DNA of 64,000 nt from positions 28,132 through 92,131 of the forward strand of contig JACRGF010000009.1 in NCBI GenBank assembly GCA_016212395.1. Reading direction: 5' to 3'. The DNA comes from Candidatus Micrarchaeota archaeon. Its GTDB lineage: Archaea; Micrarchaeota; Micrarchaeia; Burarchaeales; JACRGF01. Of this stretch, positions 28,903-39,236 are shown in pieces; within the stretch, counting starts at the first letter, position 1, and each line of letters opens with the position of its first letter. Position numbers and translations under genes: made by a program. A model generated the notes under the pieces. It made no database searches, was not told where the DNA came from, and saw nothing but the letters and a program-made list of their open reading frames with translations.

Positions 28903-31296
28903 ATGCAGCTGATAATTTGCGAAAAGCCGCGTGTTGCTGAAAAGCTCGCGGAAGCGCTTGGAGAAGATGGCTTTGAAAAAAAGCGTTTAGGCAGCGTCAG
29001 CTACTTCGAGCTGAAGCGCAGAGGAGAAGACATTGTAATCGCGCCTGCAGTAGGCCACGTTTATTCCCTAAAATCTTCAGCGAAAGGAGGCGGCTACCCT
29101 GTATTCGACGTGGAGTGGGCGCCTGCTTTCGAGGTGGACGAGGGCGCGGCGTACACTAAAAACTATGTTTCTAATATTGCAAAGCTTGCGAAAAAGGCTG
29201 ACACGTTCGTGTGCGCTTGCGACTACGACTTGGAAGGAAGCCTGATAGGCTTTAACGTCATCCGCTTCGCGTGCAATTCCACCGAAGGCAAGCGCATGAA
29301 GTTCTCCACTCTTGCTCCAGACGACTTGGTTGAAGCATTCGAAACAGCAGGCCCTCTAGACTATAACAACATTTGGGCTGGGGAAACACGGCATTTCCTC
29401 GACTGGTTTTACGGAATCAATTTAAGCAGGGCGCTCATGCAGTCGATAAAACGCGCAGGCATTTTCAAAGTAATGAGCATCGGCAGAGTGCAAGGCCCAG
29501 CGCTTGAAATTCTTACTAGCCGCGAACGCGAAATCGCAATCTTCAAGCCAGAGCCCTACTGGGTTTTGTCAGCGCTCATTTCAGAAGTGAAATTCACGCA
29601 CGAGCAAGGAAGGTTCACTGAATTGGAGGATGCAGAGGAAGCGAAGAAGCGCACGAAGAAAGACGGCACTGTTGAAAAAGTAGAGCGCAGAGAATTCACC
29701 CAGCCTCCATTCCCTCCATTCGACTTGACGTCATTGCAAGTTGAGGTGTACAAGGCGTTCGGGTTCACTCCAGCGCAGACGCTTGAAATCGCGCAAACGC
29801 TTTACGAAGCAGGAATGATCAGCTACCCGCGCACTTCATCCCAAAAACTCCCCGAGAAACTCAACCTGCCGAAAATAATCACTGCGCTCGCAAAACAAGA
29901 AAAATATTCAGCGTTTGCAAAACACTTGATAGAACGCAAGCTGTTCAAGCCTCTTGAAGGAAAGAAGACTGATCCTGCGCACCCTGCAATTTACCCTACT
30001 GGAATAGTCTCTAGATTAGGCGAGCGCGAACTCAAATTATACGATTTGGTAGTAAAAAGGTTTCTCGCGTGCTTTGCAGAATGGGCGAAACGCGAAAGCA
30101 TGAAAGTCGTCGCACTTCTCGGAACAGAAAAGTTTGACGCGAGCGGAACCCGCACCGTCGAGAAAAACTGGATTGCGTTCTACGAGCCTTACTTGAAGCT
30201 TGAAGAAGTTACTCTGCCAGCGTTCGCTGAAGGCCAGAAAGTCGCTGCAGAGAAAATCAAGCTCGAAGAAAAACAGACGAAGCCTCCCTCGCGCTATTCG
30301 CCTGCATCTATCGTTGAAACTCTCGAGCGCAAAGGCTTGGGCACTAAGGCAACGCGCTCCGGCATTATTGAAACGCTCCAAAAACGCGGTTACATTGAAG
30401 GCAAAAGCATTACAGTCACGCAGTTCGGGCAAACAGTATGCGGAGCGCTCGAACACCACTGCCCGCTCATTCTCGACGAAGAGCTCACGAAGCAAATAGA
30501 AACGGAAATGGAGGAAATTCAGGACGGCAAGCTAAAGAAAGAAGAAGTTCTCGAGGAAGGCAGGCAAGTGCTTGGAAAAATCCTCCTCGAATTCAAGTCT
30601 AAAGAAGAAGAAATCGGGAAAGAACTCCTGGGCGCGCTCAAGCAAAGCGAGAACAACGCAAGCCTTCTCGGAAAATGCAACAAATGCCAGAACGACTTGC
30701 GCATCCTGCGCTCGCGCGCAGGCAAGCAATTCGTAGGGTGCGGAGGCTACCCCCAGTGCTCAAACTCCTACCCTCTCCCGCAAGGCGCGCTCGTAAAATC
30801 AACAAGCGAAACATGCGAAAAATGCAAGACGCCATTCGTGCTCGTAATACGCAAAGGAAAAAAGCCGTGGAAGCTCTGCCTGGACATGAACTGCGAAACA
30901 AAAAAAGACTGGAAGAGAAGAAGCGACGCAACGCAAGCAAGCAACGGCACTGTCACGAAGCAAAACACAACAACCGCAACTACCTCAAGCACAACAACGC
31001 AAGCAAGCGCGAAAACAGCAACGCCCAACACGACGCAAGCAACAGCAACACAAACCGCAGTAACACAACAAATAAATACGAACACTGGAAGCAACACAAT
31101 TACACCCAGCACCCCGACTGCTACACAACAAACAAGCGCGAACTCTGCAACAACACAAACAAGCACAGCAACTCAGACGCAAAATATCAATCTAGAAACT
31201 CCTTCTTCAGGCAGTGCACTTAAAAAATCAATCAAGCCAGCCAAACGCAAAACCCGCAAGAAGTCCGACGACGCGAGCATGCAAGGCGAGAATTAA
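28903..31296 (+). CDS. topA: DNA topoisomerase I (type IA) with Zn-ribbon repeats and a low-complexity Thr/Gln-rich C-terminal tail
   Basis: Toprim start MQLIICEKP...VGHVY, the active-site region SYPRTSSQ (Tyr), and C-terminal CxxC..CxxC ribbons. The last ~110 aa are T/Q/A/N-rich. Confidence 0.85.
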   Translation: MQLIICEKPRVAEKLAEALGEDGFEKKRLGSVSYFELKRRGEDIVIAPAVGHVYSLKSSAKGGGYPVFDVEWAPAFEVDEGAAYTKNYVSNIAKLAKKADTFVCACDYDLEGSLIGFNVIRFACNSTEGKRMKFSTLAPDDLVEAFETAGPLDYNNIWAGETRHFLDWFYGINLSRALMQSIKRAGIFKVMSIGRVQGPALEILTSREREIAIFKPEPYWVLSALISEVKFTHEQGRFTELEDAEEAKKRTKKDGTVEKVERREFTQPPFPPFDLTSLQVEVYKAFGFTPAQTLEIAQTLYEAGMISYPRTSSQKLPEKLNLPKIITALAKQEKYSAFAKHLIERKLFKPLEGKKTDPAHPAIYPTGIVSRLGERELKLYDLVVKRFLACFAEWAKRESMKVVALLGTEKFDASGTRTVEKNWIAFYEPYLKLEEVTLPAFAEGQKVAAEKIKLEEKQTKPPSRYSPASIVETLERKGLGTKATRSGIIETLQKRGYIEGKSITVTQFGQTVCGALEHHCPLILDEELTKQIETEMEEIQDGKLKKEEVLEEGRQVLGKILLEFKSKEEEIGKELLGALKQSENNASLLGKCNKCQNDLRILRSRAGKQFVGCGGYPQCSNSYPLPQGALVKSTSETCEKCKTPFVLVIRKGKKPWKLCLDMNCETKKDWKRRSDATQASNGTVTKQNTTTATTSSTTTQASAKTATPNTTQATATQTAVTQQINTNTGSNTITPSTPTATQQTSANSATTQTSTATQTQNINLETPSSGSALKKSIKPAKRKTRKKSDDASMQGEN

Positions 31297-31363
31297 TTTT
31301 TTGCGTGCGTGAACTTCTGCTGAAAAGTTTAATTAATATTTTTTCGTTTTCTAATTGTTTTTC

Positions 31364-32236
31364 ATGGCCGAAGCAGTTTTAGTTTCCCCTAATTGCCTTG
31401 ATTTGAAAATACCCGGCGTCGAGCTTGAAGCGCGCAAGTTTCCCGACGGAGAAAGCTACGTGCGCATTCCAATTCCAGTTGAAGGCAAGAGCGTTGCCCT
31501 AGTCCACAAGTGCTACCCGAACCAAGATGAAGGGTTAATACAGCTTTTCATCATCGTTTCCCAACTGCGGGACATGAAGGCGAAGAAAATAACGTGCGTT
31601 GTTCCCTACCTTCCTTACGCGCGCCAGGACAAGCGCGTGAAAGACGGCGAGGCAGTAAGCGCTGAAACTATCTGCAGGCTGTTGAAAGAATGCGGGTGCA
31701 GCGAACTCGTCGTGCTCGACTGCCACTTTTTGAAGAAGGAAGGCGAATTTTCTTACTCTGGCTTGAAAATACGAAACTTGAGCATGTCGAAAGAATTGAT
31801 TGCTAAAGCGAAAACAGAACTTCAAAACCCCAAAACTCAAGACCTTGTAATCACTTCTCCGGATGTTGGCGCGAGCTACATGAGCGGGGGAAAAAAGATG
31901 GACAAAAAGCGGGGCGACTACAACTCGAGCAAGAAAGGCGAAGCTGTTTACCGCGATATCGTGGAGTTGAACGCTGGCTTTGAAGCGCGCGGGAAAAACG
32001 TTGTAATCATCGACGATATGATAAGCACTGGCAACACGATGGTGAAGGCAGTGGAGACGCTGAAGAAGGCAGGCGCTTCCAAAATAGTGTGTTGCGCGAC
32101 TCACGGGTTATTCTTAAATAGCTCTCTAGACAAATTAGTTAACGCTGGGGCAAGCGTTTTTGTAAGCGACAGCATCCAGTCAAGCGTTTCAAGCGTGAGC
32201 GTTGCTGGAAAACTGCGCGCAGAGGGGATATTGTGA
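31364..32236 (+). CDS. prs: Ribose-phosphate pyrophosphokinase (PRPP synthase)
   Basis: The PRPP-binding loop VVIIDDMISTGNTM and a 290-aa archaeal-type length. Confidence 0.8.
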   Translation: MAEAVLVSPNCLDLKIPGVELEARKFPDGESYVRIPIPVEGKSVALVHKCYPNQDEGLIQLFIIVSQLRDMKAKKITCVVPYLPYARQDKRVKDGEAVSAETICRLLKECGCSELVVLDCHFLKKEGEFSYSGLKIRNLSMSKELIAKAKTELQNPKTQDLVITSPDVGASYMSGGKKMDKKRGDYNSSKKGEAVYRDIVELNAGFEARGKNVVIIDDMISTGNTMVKAVETLKKAGASKIVCCATHGLFLNSSLDKLVNAGASVFVSDSIQSSVSSVSVAGKLRAEGIL

Positions 32237-32853
32237 GCGGGGAAAACCAACTAGGACAAAATGCGGACACTATTTACATTCGAATGGAAAAGCTGGCGCA
32301 CAAGCTTTCAGAACGGTGCAGGGAAATAGACCGCAAAAGCATCGAGCAGTTCATTGAAGCAATCAGCGAAGCAAACTATATCTTCATGCTCGGCGCAGGC
32401 AGGAGCGGGCTTGCAGCACGCGCGTTCGCAATGCGCTTAATGCACTTGGGACTGCACGTTCACGTAGTAGGGGAAACAACAACGCCTGCAATCCGCAAAG
32501 GCGATTTGCTCATTGCAATTACCGGAAGCGGAAAAACAAGCGGCATAATCAACGTGCTCAAGACAGCGAAAGACAAGGGAGTGAAAATCTCTGCAATAAC
32601 CTCATTCCCAGACTCTCCGTGCGGGAAAATGGCGGATATAATAATCAGAATAAAAGGAAGGCTTCCTGAAGACGAAGCGCGAGGCGACTATACTGAACGC
32701 CAGCTTGCAGGAGAACACGAGCCCATCATCCCGCTCGGCACGCTCTTCGAATTAAGCACGCTGCTATTCCTCGACATTATCATAGAAGAACTCATGCGCA
32801 GGAAAAACTTCAGCGAAGACGAAATGAAACAACACCACACCAACTTGGAATAA
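32233..32853 (+). CDS. SIS-domain sugar-phosphate isomerase, 6-phospho-3-hexuloisomerase (PHI)-like
   Basis: IFMLGAGRSGLAARAFAMRLMHLG...IAITGSGKTSGIINVLKTAK is the SIS fold. It has a GTGA overlap with prs. Confidence 0.6.
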   Translation: MSGENQLGQNADTIYIRMEKLAHKLSERCREIDRKSIEQFIEAISEANYIFMLGAGRSGLAARAFAMRLMHLGLHVHVVGETTTPAIRKGDLLIAITGSGKTSGIINVLKTAKDKGVKISAITSFPDSPCGKMADIIIRIKGRLPEDEARGDYTERQLAGEHEPIIPLGTLFELSTLLFLDIIIEELMRRKNFSEDEMKQHHTNLE

Positions 32854-32944
32854 GTAAAAATGCAAATCAATTCTCGTGCAACAGGAAAAAATGCTCGACT
32901 AATTCCTCTGCACACTGGAAACACGCTCGCACAACAGGTAGAAA

Positions 32945-33502
32945 ATGCTCGACCACTTTCTTTCCACTTTCTTTGCAATCGGCTTAGCTGAATTAGGCGA
33001 CAAAACCCAATTTGCAGTGCTCGCGCTTTCAGCAAAATGCCACAAGAAAGCGCCAGTCATTCTTGCTGCAATCATTGCGTTCGCGCTCGCAAACGCAATA
33101 GCAGTTGTTCTCGGAAGCATCTTCTCCTTCGCACTGCCAACTAATGTGATAAAAATCGCTGCAGGCGCTTTATTCATTCTCGTAGGCCTGCACACGCTGT
33201 TCCTAAACAAGCAGGAAAAAGAAGAGGAAGTGAAAAGCGACCGCAACGTTTTCATTTCAGCATTCACAATGCTGTTCCTCATGGAAATGGGAGACAAGAC
33301 GCAGTTCGCAAACATGCTGTTCGCGACAATCTACAACCCGCTCCTCGTCATGCTCGCGGCAACCCTGGCAATGAGCCTGCTCGCGATACTCGCAGTAGTG
33401 GTTGGAAAAAAACTGTTCAAGCACTTGAACGCGAGAACGATAAAAACAATTTCAGGATTGCTGTTCATAATCGTCGGAGCAGCAGTATTATTTTTTGGGT
33501 GA
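32945..33502 (+). CDS. UPF0016 family (GDT1/TMEM165/MneA-like) cation transporter
   Basis: Two E-x-G-D-K-T-Q signatures (AELGDKTQFA and EMGDKTQFA), one in each 3-TM repeat. Confidence 0.8.
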   Translation: MLDHFLSTFFAIGLAELGDKTQFAVLALSAKCHKKAPVILAAIIAFALANAIAVVLGSIFSFALPTNVIKIAAGALFILVGLHTLFLNKQEKEEEVKSDRNVFISAFTMLFLMEMGDKTQFANMLFATIYNPLLVMLAATLAMSLLAILAVVVGKKLFKHLNARTIKTISGLLFIIVGAAVLFFG

Positions 33503-33593
33503 AACATCCCGCGTTTGTTTTTGTTTTTCGTGTTCGAAACGCGAAGCAGGAGTGCTTTTTTTAAATTCAAGCGAACGATAACAATTACTGCAG

Positions 33594-34901
33594 GTGTTTA
33601 TGTTGGACGTTGAACAAGTTGTTTCTCTTGCGTTGAAGCTCGGAGCAGACGAGGCTGAAGCTTTCCGCTCTAGCGGGAAAAGCTTTTCCTTCTCCAGCGT
33701 GAAGGATAAAATCCACTCTAAAGAGTTCGACGAGGAGACAGGCTTTGGCGTGCGCGTGCTGAAGCAGAAAGGCTTGGGCTTTTCATTCTTCTCGCGCGAG
33801 CAGGATGCTGAGAAGGCAGTGCGCAACGCGCTCGCGCTCGCGGATTACTCTGAAAAAACCTCTTTCCATTTTCCGAAAAAACAAAAAACAGTGAAAACAA
33901 ATTGTTTCGACAAGCGCGTAAGCGCATTAAGCGAAGAAGACGGAAAGAAAATGCTGCTCGAGCTCATTAACAGCGTGAAAGAAAAAGCGAATTCAATAGA
34001 ATGCAGGGTTTCCTTCAGCTCAAGCAAAGCGGAAATCGCGAACTGCGCAGGCTTGCACGCAAGCGAGCAATACTCTGACTTCAGCGCTTCAGCAGAAGCC
34101 GAGTCGAATGGAAAAACAGGCCACGAGAGCGCGGGATCTTGCTTTCTCGACTTGAACGTGCGCGAAATCGGAGCGCAGGCAGGCGCACGAGCAAAAGACG
34201 CGGGCAAGGCTGTAAAAGCAAAGCCAGGAGCGCGCGAAATAATTTTCGACGTTCAAGCAGTTTACTCTTTCATTTCCGAGTTGCTTTTTCCCTCTTTCAA
34301 CGGCAACACTGTGCGCAGGGGCAGTTCGTTCTTGTGCGGAAAGTTAGGAAAACAAATTGCTTGCAGGCAATTCAGCTTGCACGACGACCCGCTCGCGCAG
34401 GCGTTAGACATTTGCTCGTTCGACGGTGAAGGCATTGCGAGCAAGCGGAAAACTCTGGTTGAAAAAGGAGTGCTGAAAAACTTTTTGTTCGACTCTAAAA
34501 CTCTCGCTGCATCCGGAGAGTTGAAGCGCGAGTTGAACGCAAGCCCAGGAAACTGCGCTCGCGCAGGGTTTGACAGCGCTCCGGGAATAGGGCATTCCAA
34601 CCTCGTAATCGACAGTGGAAGCTCTGGGGATTTAGTGCGCGAGTGCAAGCGCGGCTTGTGCGTAACCAGTTTTTTCGGAACTCACACTGCAAACACTACT
34701 ACAGGAGATTTTACTGTTTCAGTGGACTGCGGGTACGAAATAGAAAACGGCGCGCTTTCAACTCCAGTGCTCGGCGCGATGATTTCAGGAAACGTGTTCA
34801 CTCTCCTCGAGCAAATAAGCGGAATAGAAAAAAAGCAAGAGCGTTTCTACGACTTAATCTCGCCGCGCGTTGCGTTCAAGAAAATGAGCGTAAGCGCTTA
34901 A
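33594..34901 (+). CDS. TldD/PmbA family metalloprotease
   Basis: The N-terminal [15 protein letters not shown]...GFGVRVL pattern and the C-terminal GxC..G motif region. Confidence 0.7.
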   Translation: MFMLDVEQVVSLALKLGADEAEAFRSSGKSFSFSSVKDKIHSKEFDEETGFGVRVLKQKGLGFSFFSREQDAEKAVRNALALADYSEKTSFHFPKKQKTVKTNCFDKRVSALSEEDGKKMLLELINSVKEKANSIECRVSFSSSKAEIANCAGLHASEQYSDFSASAEAESNGKTGHESAGSCFLDLNVREIGAQAGARAKDAGKAVKAKPGAREIIFDVQAVYSFISELLFPSFNGNTVRRGSSFLCGKLGKQIACRQFSLHDDPLAQALDICSFDGEGIASKRKTLVEKGVLKNFLFDSKTLAASGELKRELNASPGNCARAGFDSAPGIGHSNLVIDSGSSGDLVRECKRGLCVTSFFGTHTANTTTGDFTVSVDCGYEIENGALSTPVLGAMISGNVFTLLEQISGIEKKQERFYDLISPRVAFKKMSVSA

Positions 34902-34919
34902 AAACATGCTCGCCAAGCA

Positions 34920-35000
34920 ATACGCGAAACAAGCAAAAACAGCAAAAATGCTTTTTTTTTCGCGCGAGAGATTGCTTTTGTTTTTTTCGTGCACTGCGCT
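34920..35000 (+). repeat. Upstream copy of a roughly 70-bp element flanking lonB (T-tract / TCGCGCGA palindrome / TTGTTTTTTTCGTG)
   Basis: About 80% identical to 37135-37215 over 60-70 nt. Confidence 0.5.
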
Positions 35001-35080
35001 TTTGCTTGTTTTCGCCCTGCAACGCGCGTGATAAGTATTTATTCTTGTGTTTCGAGAGAGTAACGTTTGTGGTGTTGGTT

Positions 35081-37084
35081 ATGGTTGCTTCTATTTCAAA
35101 AGAATGGCGTTCTACTGCCGACGTTCCTGTTCCTGACAAGCTCGTGGACCAGATTATCGGCCAGACGAAAGGCGTTGAAATAATCAAGAAAGCAGCGAGG
35201 CAAAAGCGCAACGTTCTTCTAATCGGCTCGCCGGGCACTGGAAAGTCCATGCTCGCGCAGGGAATGGCGGAGCTCATGGGCGTTGAAGAGTTGGAGGACG
35301 TGCTCGTCTACCAAAACCCGAATGACGAGAACACTCCTCTCGTGAAAGTAGTCAAGACTTACCCTAAGGAGGAAGCGAAGAAATGGCAGGCAGAGCACGC
35401 GAAGTGGAAAGCGTTGCGCGCGAAGGAAGCGAAAGTGAAAGGCGAAAAATTTGATGAGAAGGAATTCGAGCTTCCAGGCTTGGGAAGGCGCACTGTCCAG
35501 CAAGAGAAAATGCGCGGCAGGATAGGCGGAAGCGGAATGCCTTCAATGATGGTCCTGCTTCTAATTCCTTTAATACTATTCATCATTTTTCAAGCGCTGA
35601 GCGCTCCGGACGGGAAAGGCGAAAACATTTTCGCAGCGCTCATCCTCGGATTGCTCATAATGGGCGCAGCGTGGCTGTTCACCTCCTCGATTTCAAAAAG
35701 AATGGGCTCGTTCGGAGAAACAGGCAGCGAGCCGAAACTAATAGTGGACAACACGAGCAAGAAAAGCGCTCCGTTCGTGGACGCGACAGGCTCGAAAGCA
35801 GGCGCGCTTTTCGGGGACGTCCGCCACGATCCGTTACAGAGTGGTGGATTAGGCACTCCAGCTCACTTGCGCGTCGAGAGCGGTGCTGTGCACCGCGCTA
35901 ACAAAGGCGTTCTCTACTTGGATGAAGTCGCGCTGCTCACTCCAAAAAGCCAGCAGGACTTGCTTTCTGCAATGCAAGAGAAAAAATTCTCTATTACCGG
36001 GCAAAGCGAAATGAGCAGCGGCGCTCTCGTGCGCACAGAACCCGTTCCGTGCGACTTCGTGCTCGTAGCTGCAGGCAACTACAGCGACATTGCCAAAATG
36101 CATCCTGCGTTGAGAAGCAGAATCCGCGGTTACGGGTATGAAGTGTACGTTGAAGACTCCATGCCTGACAGCGAGGAAAACCAGCTTAAGCTCATCCAGT
36201 TCGTCGCGCAGGAAGTAAAAAAGGACGGAAAGATTCCGCACTTTTCGCGCGAGGCAGTAGAAGAAATAATTGAAGACGCAAAGCGCAAGGCAGGCAGGAA
36301 AAACAAGCTGACGCTCAAGCTCCGCGAGCTCGGAGGCTTGATACGCGCTGCCGGAGACATTGCGCGCGAAGAAAAAGCGGAACTCGTGCTGCCCGGGCAT
36401 GTCGAGCGCGCGCGGAAAGTCGCGACTACGCTCGAACACCAGCTCGCCCAGCAGTTTATTGCAACAAAGAAAGACTACAAAGTGTTCGTCACTGAAGGCT
36501 TTGAAGTCGGGAGAGTAAACGGCCTCGCTGTTCTCGGGGAAGGCGACAGCGGGCTCATGCTTCCAATCGTCGCCGAGGTAACGCCTGCAAGCTCGAAAGC
36601 AGAAGGCAAGCTTGTTGCTACTGGAAAACTAGGAAAAATTGCGAAGGAAGCAGTTCAAAACGTCTCGGCAATCATCAAGAAGCACATTGGCAAAGACGTT
36701 TCCCAGTACGACATTCACGTCCAATTCCTCCAGACTTACGAGGGAGTTGAAGGCGATTCCGCGAGCATAAGCACTGCAGTAGCAGTGTTAAGCGCAATGG
36801 AAGACATCCCAGTAGACCAATCCATCGCCATGACCGGCAGTTTAAGCGTAAGAGGCGAAGTGTTGCCAGTCGGAGGCATTACTGCGAAAATAGAAGCAGC
36901 AATAGAAGGAGGCGCTCTCTCAGTAGTAATCCCGTACGCAAACAAAGACGACGTGTACCTCGAACAACGCTCTAAAAACAAAATCAAAATAATTCCAGCA
37001 AAAACAATTGTAGACGTGCTCGAGCACGTGCTGAAAAACCACCCGAAAAAGAAAAAGCTCATAGCAGACATGAAAGGCATTTGA
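35081..37084 (+). CDS. lonB: Archaeal membrane-anchored Lon protease LonB
   Basis: Walker [12 protein letters not shown], two TM helices inserted in the AAA+ domain ([14 protein letters not shown]...[14 protein letters not shown]), and a C-terminal Lon proteolytic domain (GDSASIS... Ser-Lys dyad region). The upstream 146 codons of ORF 34643 are a non-coding extension. Confidence 0.9.
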   Translation: MVASISKEWRSTADVPVPDKLVDQIIGQTKGVEIIKKAARQKRNVLLIGSPGTGKSMLAQGMAELMGVEELEDVLVYQNPNDENTPLVKVVKTYPKEEAKKWQAEHAKWKALRAKEAKVKGEKFDEKEFELPGLGRRTVQQEKMRGRIGGSGMPSMMVLLLIPLILFIIFQALSAPDGKGENIFAALILGLLIMGAAWLFTSSISKRMGSFGETGSEPKLIVDNTSKKSAPFVDATGSKAGALFGDVRHDPLQSGGLGTPAHLRVESGAVHRANKGVLYLDEVALLTPKSQQDLLSAMQEKKFSITGQSEMSSGALVRTEPVPCDFVLVAAGNYSDIAKMHPALRSRIRGYGYEVYVEDSMPDSEENQLKLIQFVAQEVKKDGKIPHFSREAVEEIIEDAKRKAGRKNKLTLKLRELGGLIRAAGDIAREEKAELVLPGHVERARKVATTLEHQLAQQFIATKKDYKVFVTEGFEVGRVNGLAVLGEGDSGLMLPIVAEVTPASSKAEGKLVATGKLGKIAKEAVQNVSAIIKKHIGKDVSQYDIHVQFLQTYEGVEGDSASISTAVAVLSAMEDIPVDQSIAMTGSLSVRGEVLPVGGITAKIEAAIEGGALSVVIPYANKDDVYLEQRSKNKIKIIPAKTIVDVLEHVLKNHPKKKKLIADMKGI

Positions 37085-37134
37085 ACATTCAAAAAAACTG
37101 AAAACAATCCAGCGCAGAAAAAATAAAAAAAAAC

Positions 37135-37215
37135 AGAACCAGCAAAAGCATGTTGAAAGTCGCACATCTTTTTTTTCTCGCGAGAATTTGCCTTGTTTTT
37201 TTGCGTGTTGTTGCA
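37135..37215 (+). repeat. Downstream copy of lonB-flanking element (contains perfect palindrome TCTCGCGAGA)
   Basis: cagcaaaag...cttttttttctcgcgagaatttgccttgtttttttgcgtg. It sits in the convergent lonB / DUF373 terminator region. Confidence 0.5.
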
Positions 37216-37224
37216 GTCGCTTGC

Positions 37225-38457
37225 TTATCTTTTCACTACTACTTTTTCGTCTATGCTCGCGATTTGCTCGAGTTGGTAGGAAAGTTTTTGCCCGAGCGGG
37301 GTTTGGACGAATAGCATGCTTTTCTTCTTGTCTATGCCCACTATTTTTCCGAGGTACGTTCCGAACTCGTTGAGCGCTTCCTTGTTTTCAAGCTTCATTT
37401 CAGCAGCAATGCTTGCGCGTATTCTCTTCGTTGCTTCTATGGCTACGAACGCGAGGATGATGCTGAACATTATTGTTTTCACGAAGTCGATGAAGTAAGC
37501 GTCTGCAACCACCCAGTCGCTCGCAGTCTTGAGCAAAATCCACAAGAGGAATACTGTCACCACGTACAAGCCGTGCTTGGCTATCTCGAATTTTCTTCCT
37601 TCCCTTAAAGAATCAACAGCCATTCCTGCAATGGCGAGCACTGCAGCCCACGGCAAAAGAATGAGCGTGCTTCTGATAGTATAAGCAACTATTTTCACAG
37701 AGTCTATTGCTTGCGCTGTAGCAGTGGAATACTCCTGGAACCCGAGCCACACTGAAATGAGCACGAGTGGCAACGCTGCCAGGTACACGACGAAACTAAT
37801 GTTTTCAACAGAAAACTTGAATTCAAGCAGCTTCGAGAGAATCGCTTCCTCGAAACCAAAGCCTTTCAAAAGCAAGTAAGCGCCAATCACGAACACTACT
37901 GGCTTCCAGCCGAAGCCCAGCATTTCACTAATCGCGAACGCGAGAATAACGAGCGCTGGAATGCCTAGAATAATGCGCGCGTAGTAAGGCTCTTTCAATT
38001 TTTCAAGAAGCACGAAGTAAGTTTTCTCGAGTTCCTTCGCCTGCTTCATTATCACTATTTTAGTCGAATCGACTTTCACGCGCGAATTGACAATAGGCAA
38101 TACTTCTTCATCGTCATACCCGTCTGAAACGAACACGCATGATTCTGCCTGGAATTCAGACATTATCTTGTCCAACTGCCTGCTTATTTCCTTGTCCGCA
38201 GTATAGCCGAGCTTCCGCGAGCCTGTAAGCGTTGCAACCTGCACTTCTGCATTGCGCTCGCTTTTCTTCAACTCGTCGAATTCTTTCACTGCTTCAAAAA
38301 TCGCGTTCGCGTCAGGCTCTTCAGGGTCAGCTAGCGCGAGCTTTGTCGCAGCCTCCAAGTTCGCGTCCCTTCCAATAATCGGCCCGTTCACTTTCGCTTT
38401 CTCGCGCAAGTCGTTGTCACGGTCAATGCAAAGCACGAGCACTTTCCTTTTGTTCAT
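37225..38457 (-). CDS. DUF373 family membrane protein
   Basis: N-terminal MNKRKVLVLCIDRDNDL...LADPEEPDANAIFEA plus C-terminal TM helices, as in archaeal COG2237. Confidence 0.6.
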   Translation of the reverse strand: MNKRKVLVLCIDRDNDLREKAKVNGPIIGRDANLEAATKLALADPEEPDANAIFEAVKEFDELKKSERNAEVQVATLTGSRKLGYTADKEISRQLDKIMSEFQAESCVFVSDGYDDEEVLPIVNSRVKVDSTKIVIMKQAKELEKTYFVLLEKLKEPYYARIILGIPALVILAFAISEMLGFGWKPVVFVIGAYLLLKGFGFEEAILSKLLEFKFSVENISFVVYLAALPLVLISVWLGFQEYSTATAQAIDSVKIVAYTIRSTLILLPWAAVLAIAGMAVDSLREGRKFEIAKHGLYVVTVFLLWILLKTASDWVVADAYFIDFVKTIMFSIILAFVAIEATKRIRASIAAEMKLENKEALNEFGTYLGKIVGIDKKKSMLFVQTPLGQKLSYQLEQIASIDEKVVVKR

Positions 38458-38558
38458 ACCAATCGATTTGATTTGACTGATACGTATATAAATATGTTTA
38501 AGTTATAAGAGTTGGCTACAGTAAAGCGAGTGAAAGTAAAAGCCTCGTTTTTTCAGGA

Positions 38559-39116
38559 TTGGTGTTAATTTTGGTCGTATTGCCCGGCAATAGCCTCGGA
38601 ACAGAAGAAGAATTCCTCGCAGGAACAGACACTTTCGTAGAAGGAGTGGACATTCTAGCGACACACGCAGGCGAAACGAGCATAGACGCAGACCACCGCG
38701 TGAGCATAAAAGCAGTAAAAAAGCCGGCAATGCTCACTCCCGGCATGGTGGTATTCGGCAGAGTGGACGAAATATTCGAGCCAATCGCACTCTTGCGCGT
38801 AGTGGGAATAGAGCAAAACGGCGTAAGGCCTGTAAACAACCAGTTCTACTGCGTGCTTCACGTTTCAAGAATAAAAAGCGGTTACGCGAAAAACGTGCGC
38901 GACGAAATCAAAATCGGCGACATCGTGAAAGCAGTAGTGGACGAAATAAAGAACGAGGAAGCGCACTTGAGCACGAAAGCCCCGGAATTCGGCGTAATCA
39001 AAGCATTCTGCTCAAACTGCAGGCACCCGCTTGAAAAAAAAGAACGCATGCTTGAATGCCCTGACTGCGGAAGCAAAGAAAACAGAAAGCTTGCGCCTGG
39101 GTACAGGTCAGTTTAG
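38559..39116 (+). CDS. csl4: Exosome complex RNA-binding subunit Csl4
   Basis: An N-terminal domain, an S1 domain (GDIVKAVV), and a C-terminal Zn-ribbon CSNCRHPL...CPDCG. Confidence 0.75.
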   Translation: MVLILVVLPGNSLGTEEEFLAGTDTFVEGVDILATHAGETSIDADHRVSIKAVKKPAMLTPGMVVFGRVDEIFEPIALLRVVGIEQNGVRPVNNQFYCVLHVSRIKSGYAKNVRDEIKIGDIVKAVVDEIKNEEAHLSTKAPEFGVIKAFCSNCRHPLEKKERMLECPDCGSKENRKLAPGYRSV

Positions 39117-39236
39117 AAGTTCAGAGGTTCAGAAGTTTTGAATGGTTTTGATAAAACGCGTCGTAGGAAGGGGGATGAATCCAGGGGTTTCGAGGAAACC
39201 TTTGGTTTCCCCCAAGACGCCTTGGGGTTGATTTGA

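Noticed and set aside
28625-28940. ORFs 28625-28894 (-) and 28668-28940 (+) in the truD/topA spacer
   Set aside because: Products are poly-basic or low-complexity translations of the GTTTTG array and the CG/TG tract, not proteins.
30675-31223. Alternative-frame ORFs over the topA tail (30675-31223 +, 30768-31166 -, 30985-31182 -)
   Set aside because: Artefacts of the A+C-only repetitive DNA encoding the Thr/Gln-rich tail.
34643-35080. N-terminal 146 codons of ORF 34643-37084 (Lon)
   Set aside because: Low-complexity Arg/Cys/Phe-rich translation of the T-rich intergenic or promoter region. The real LonB begins at the conserved MVASISKEW Met (35081).
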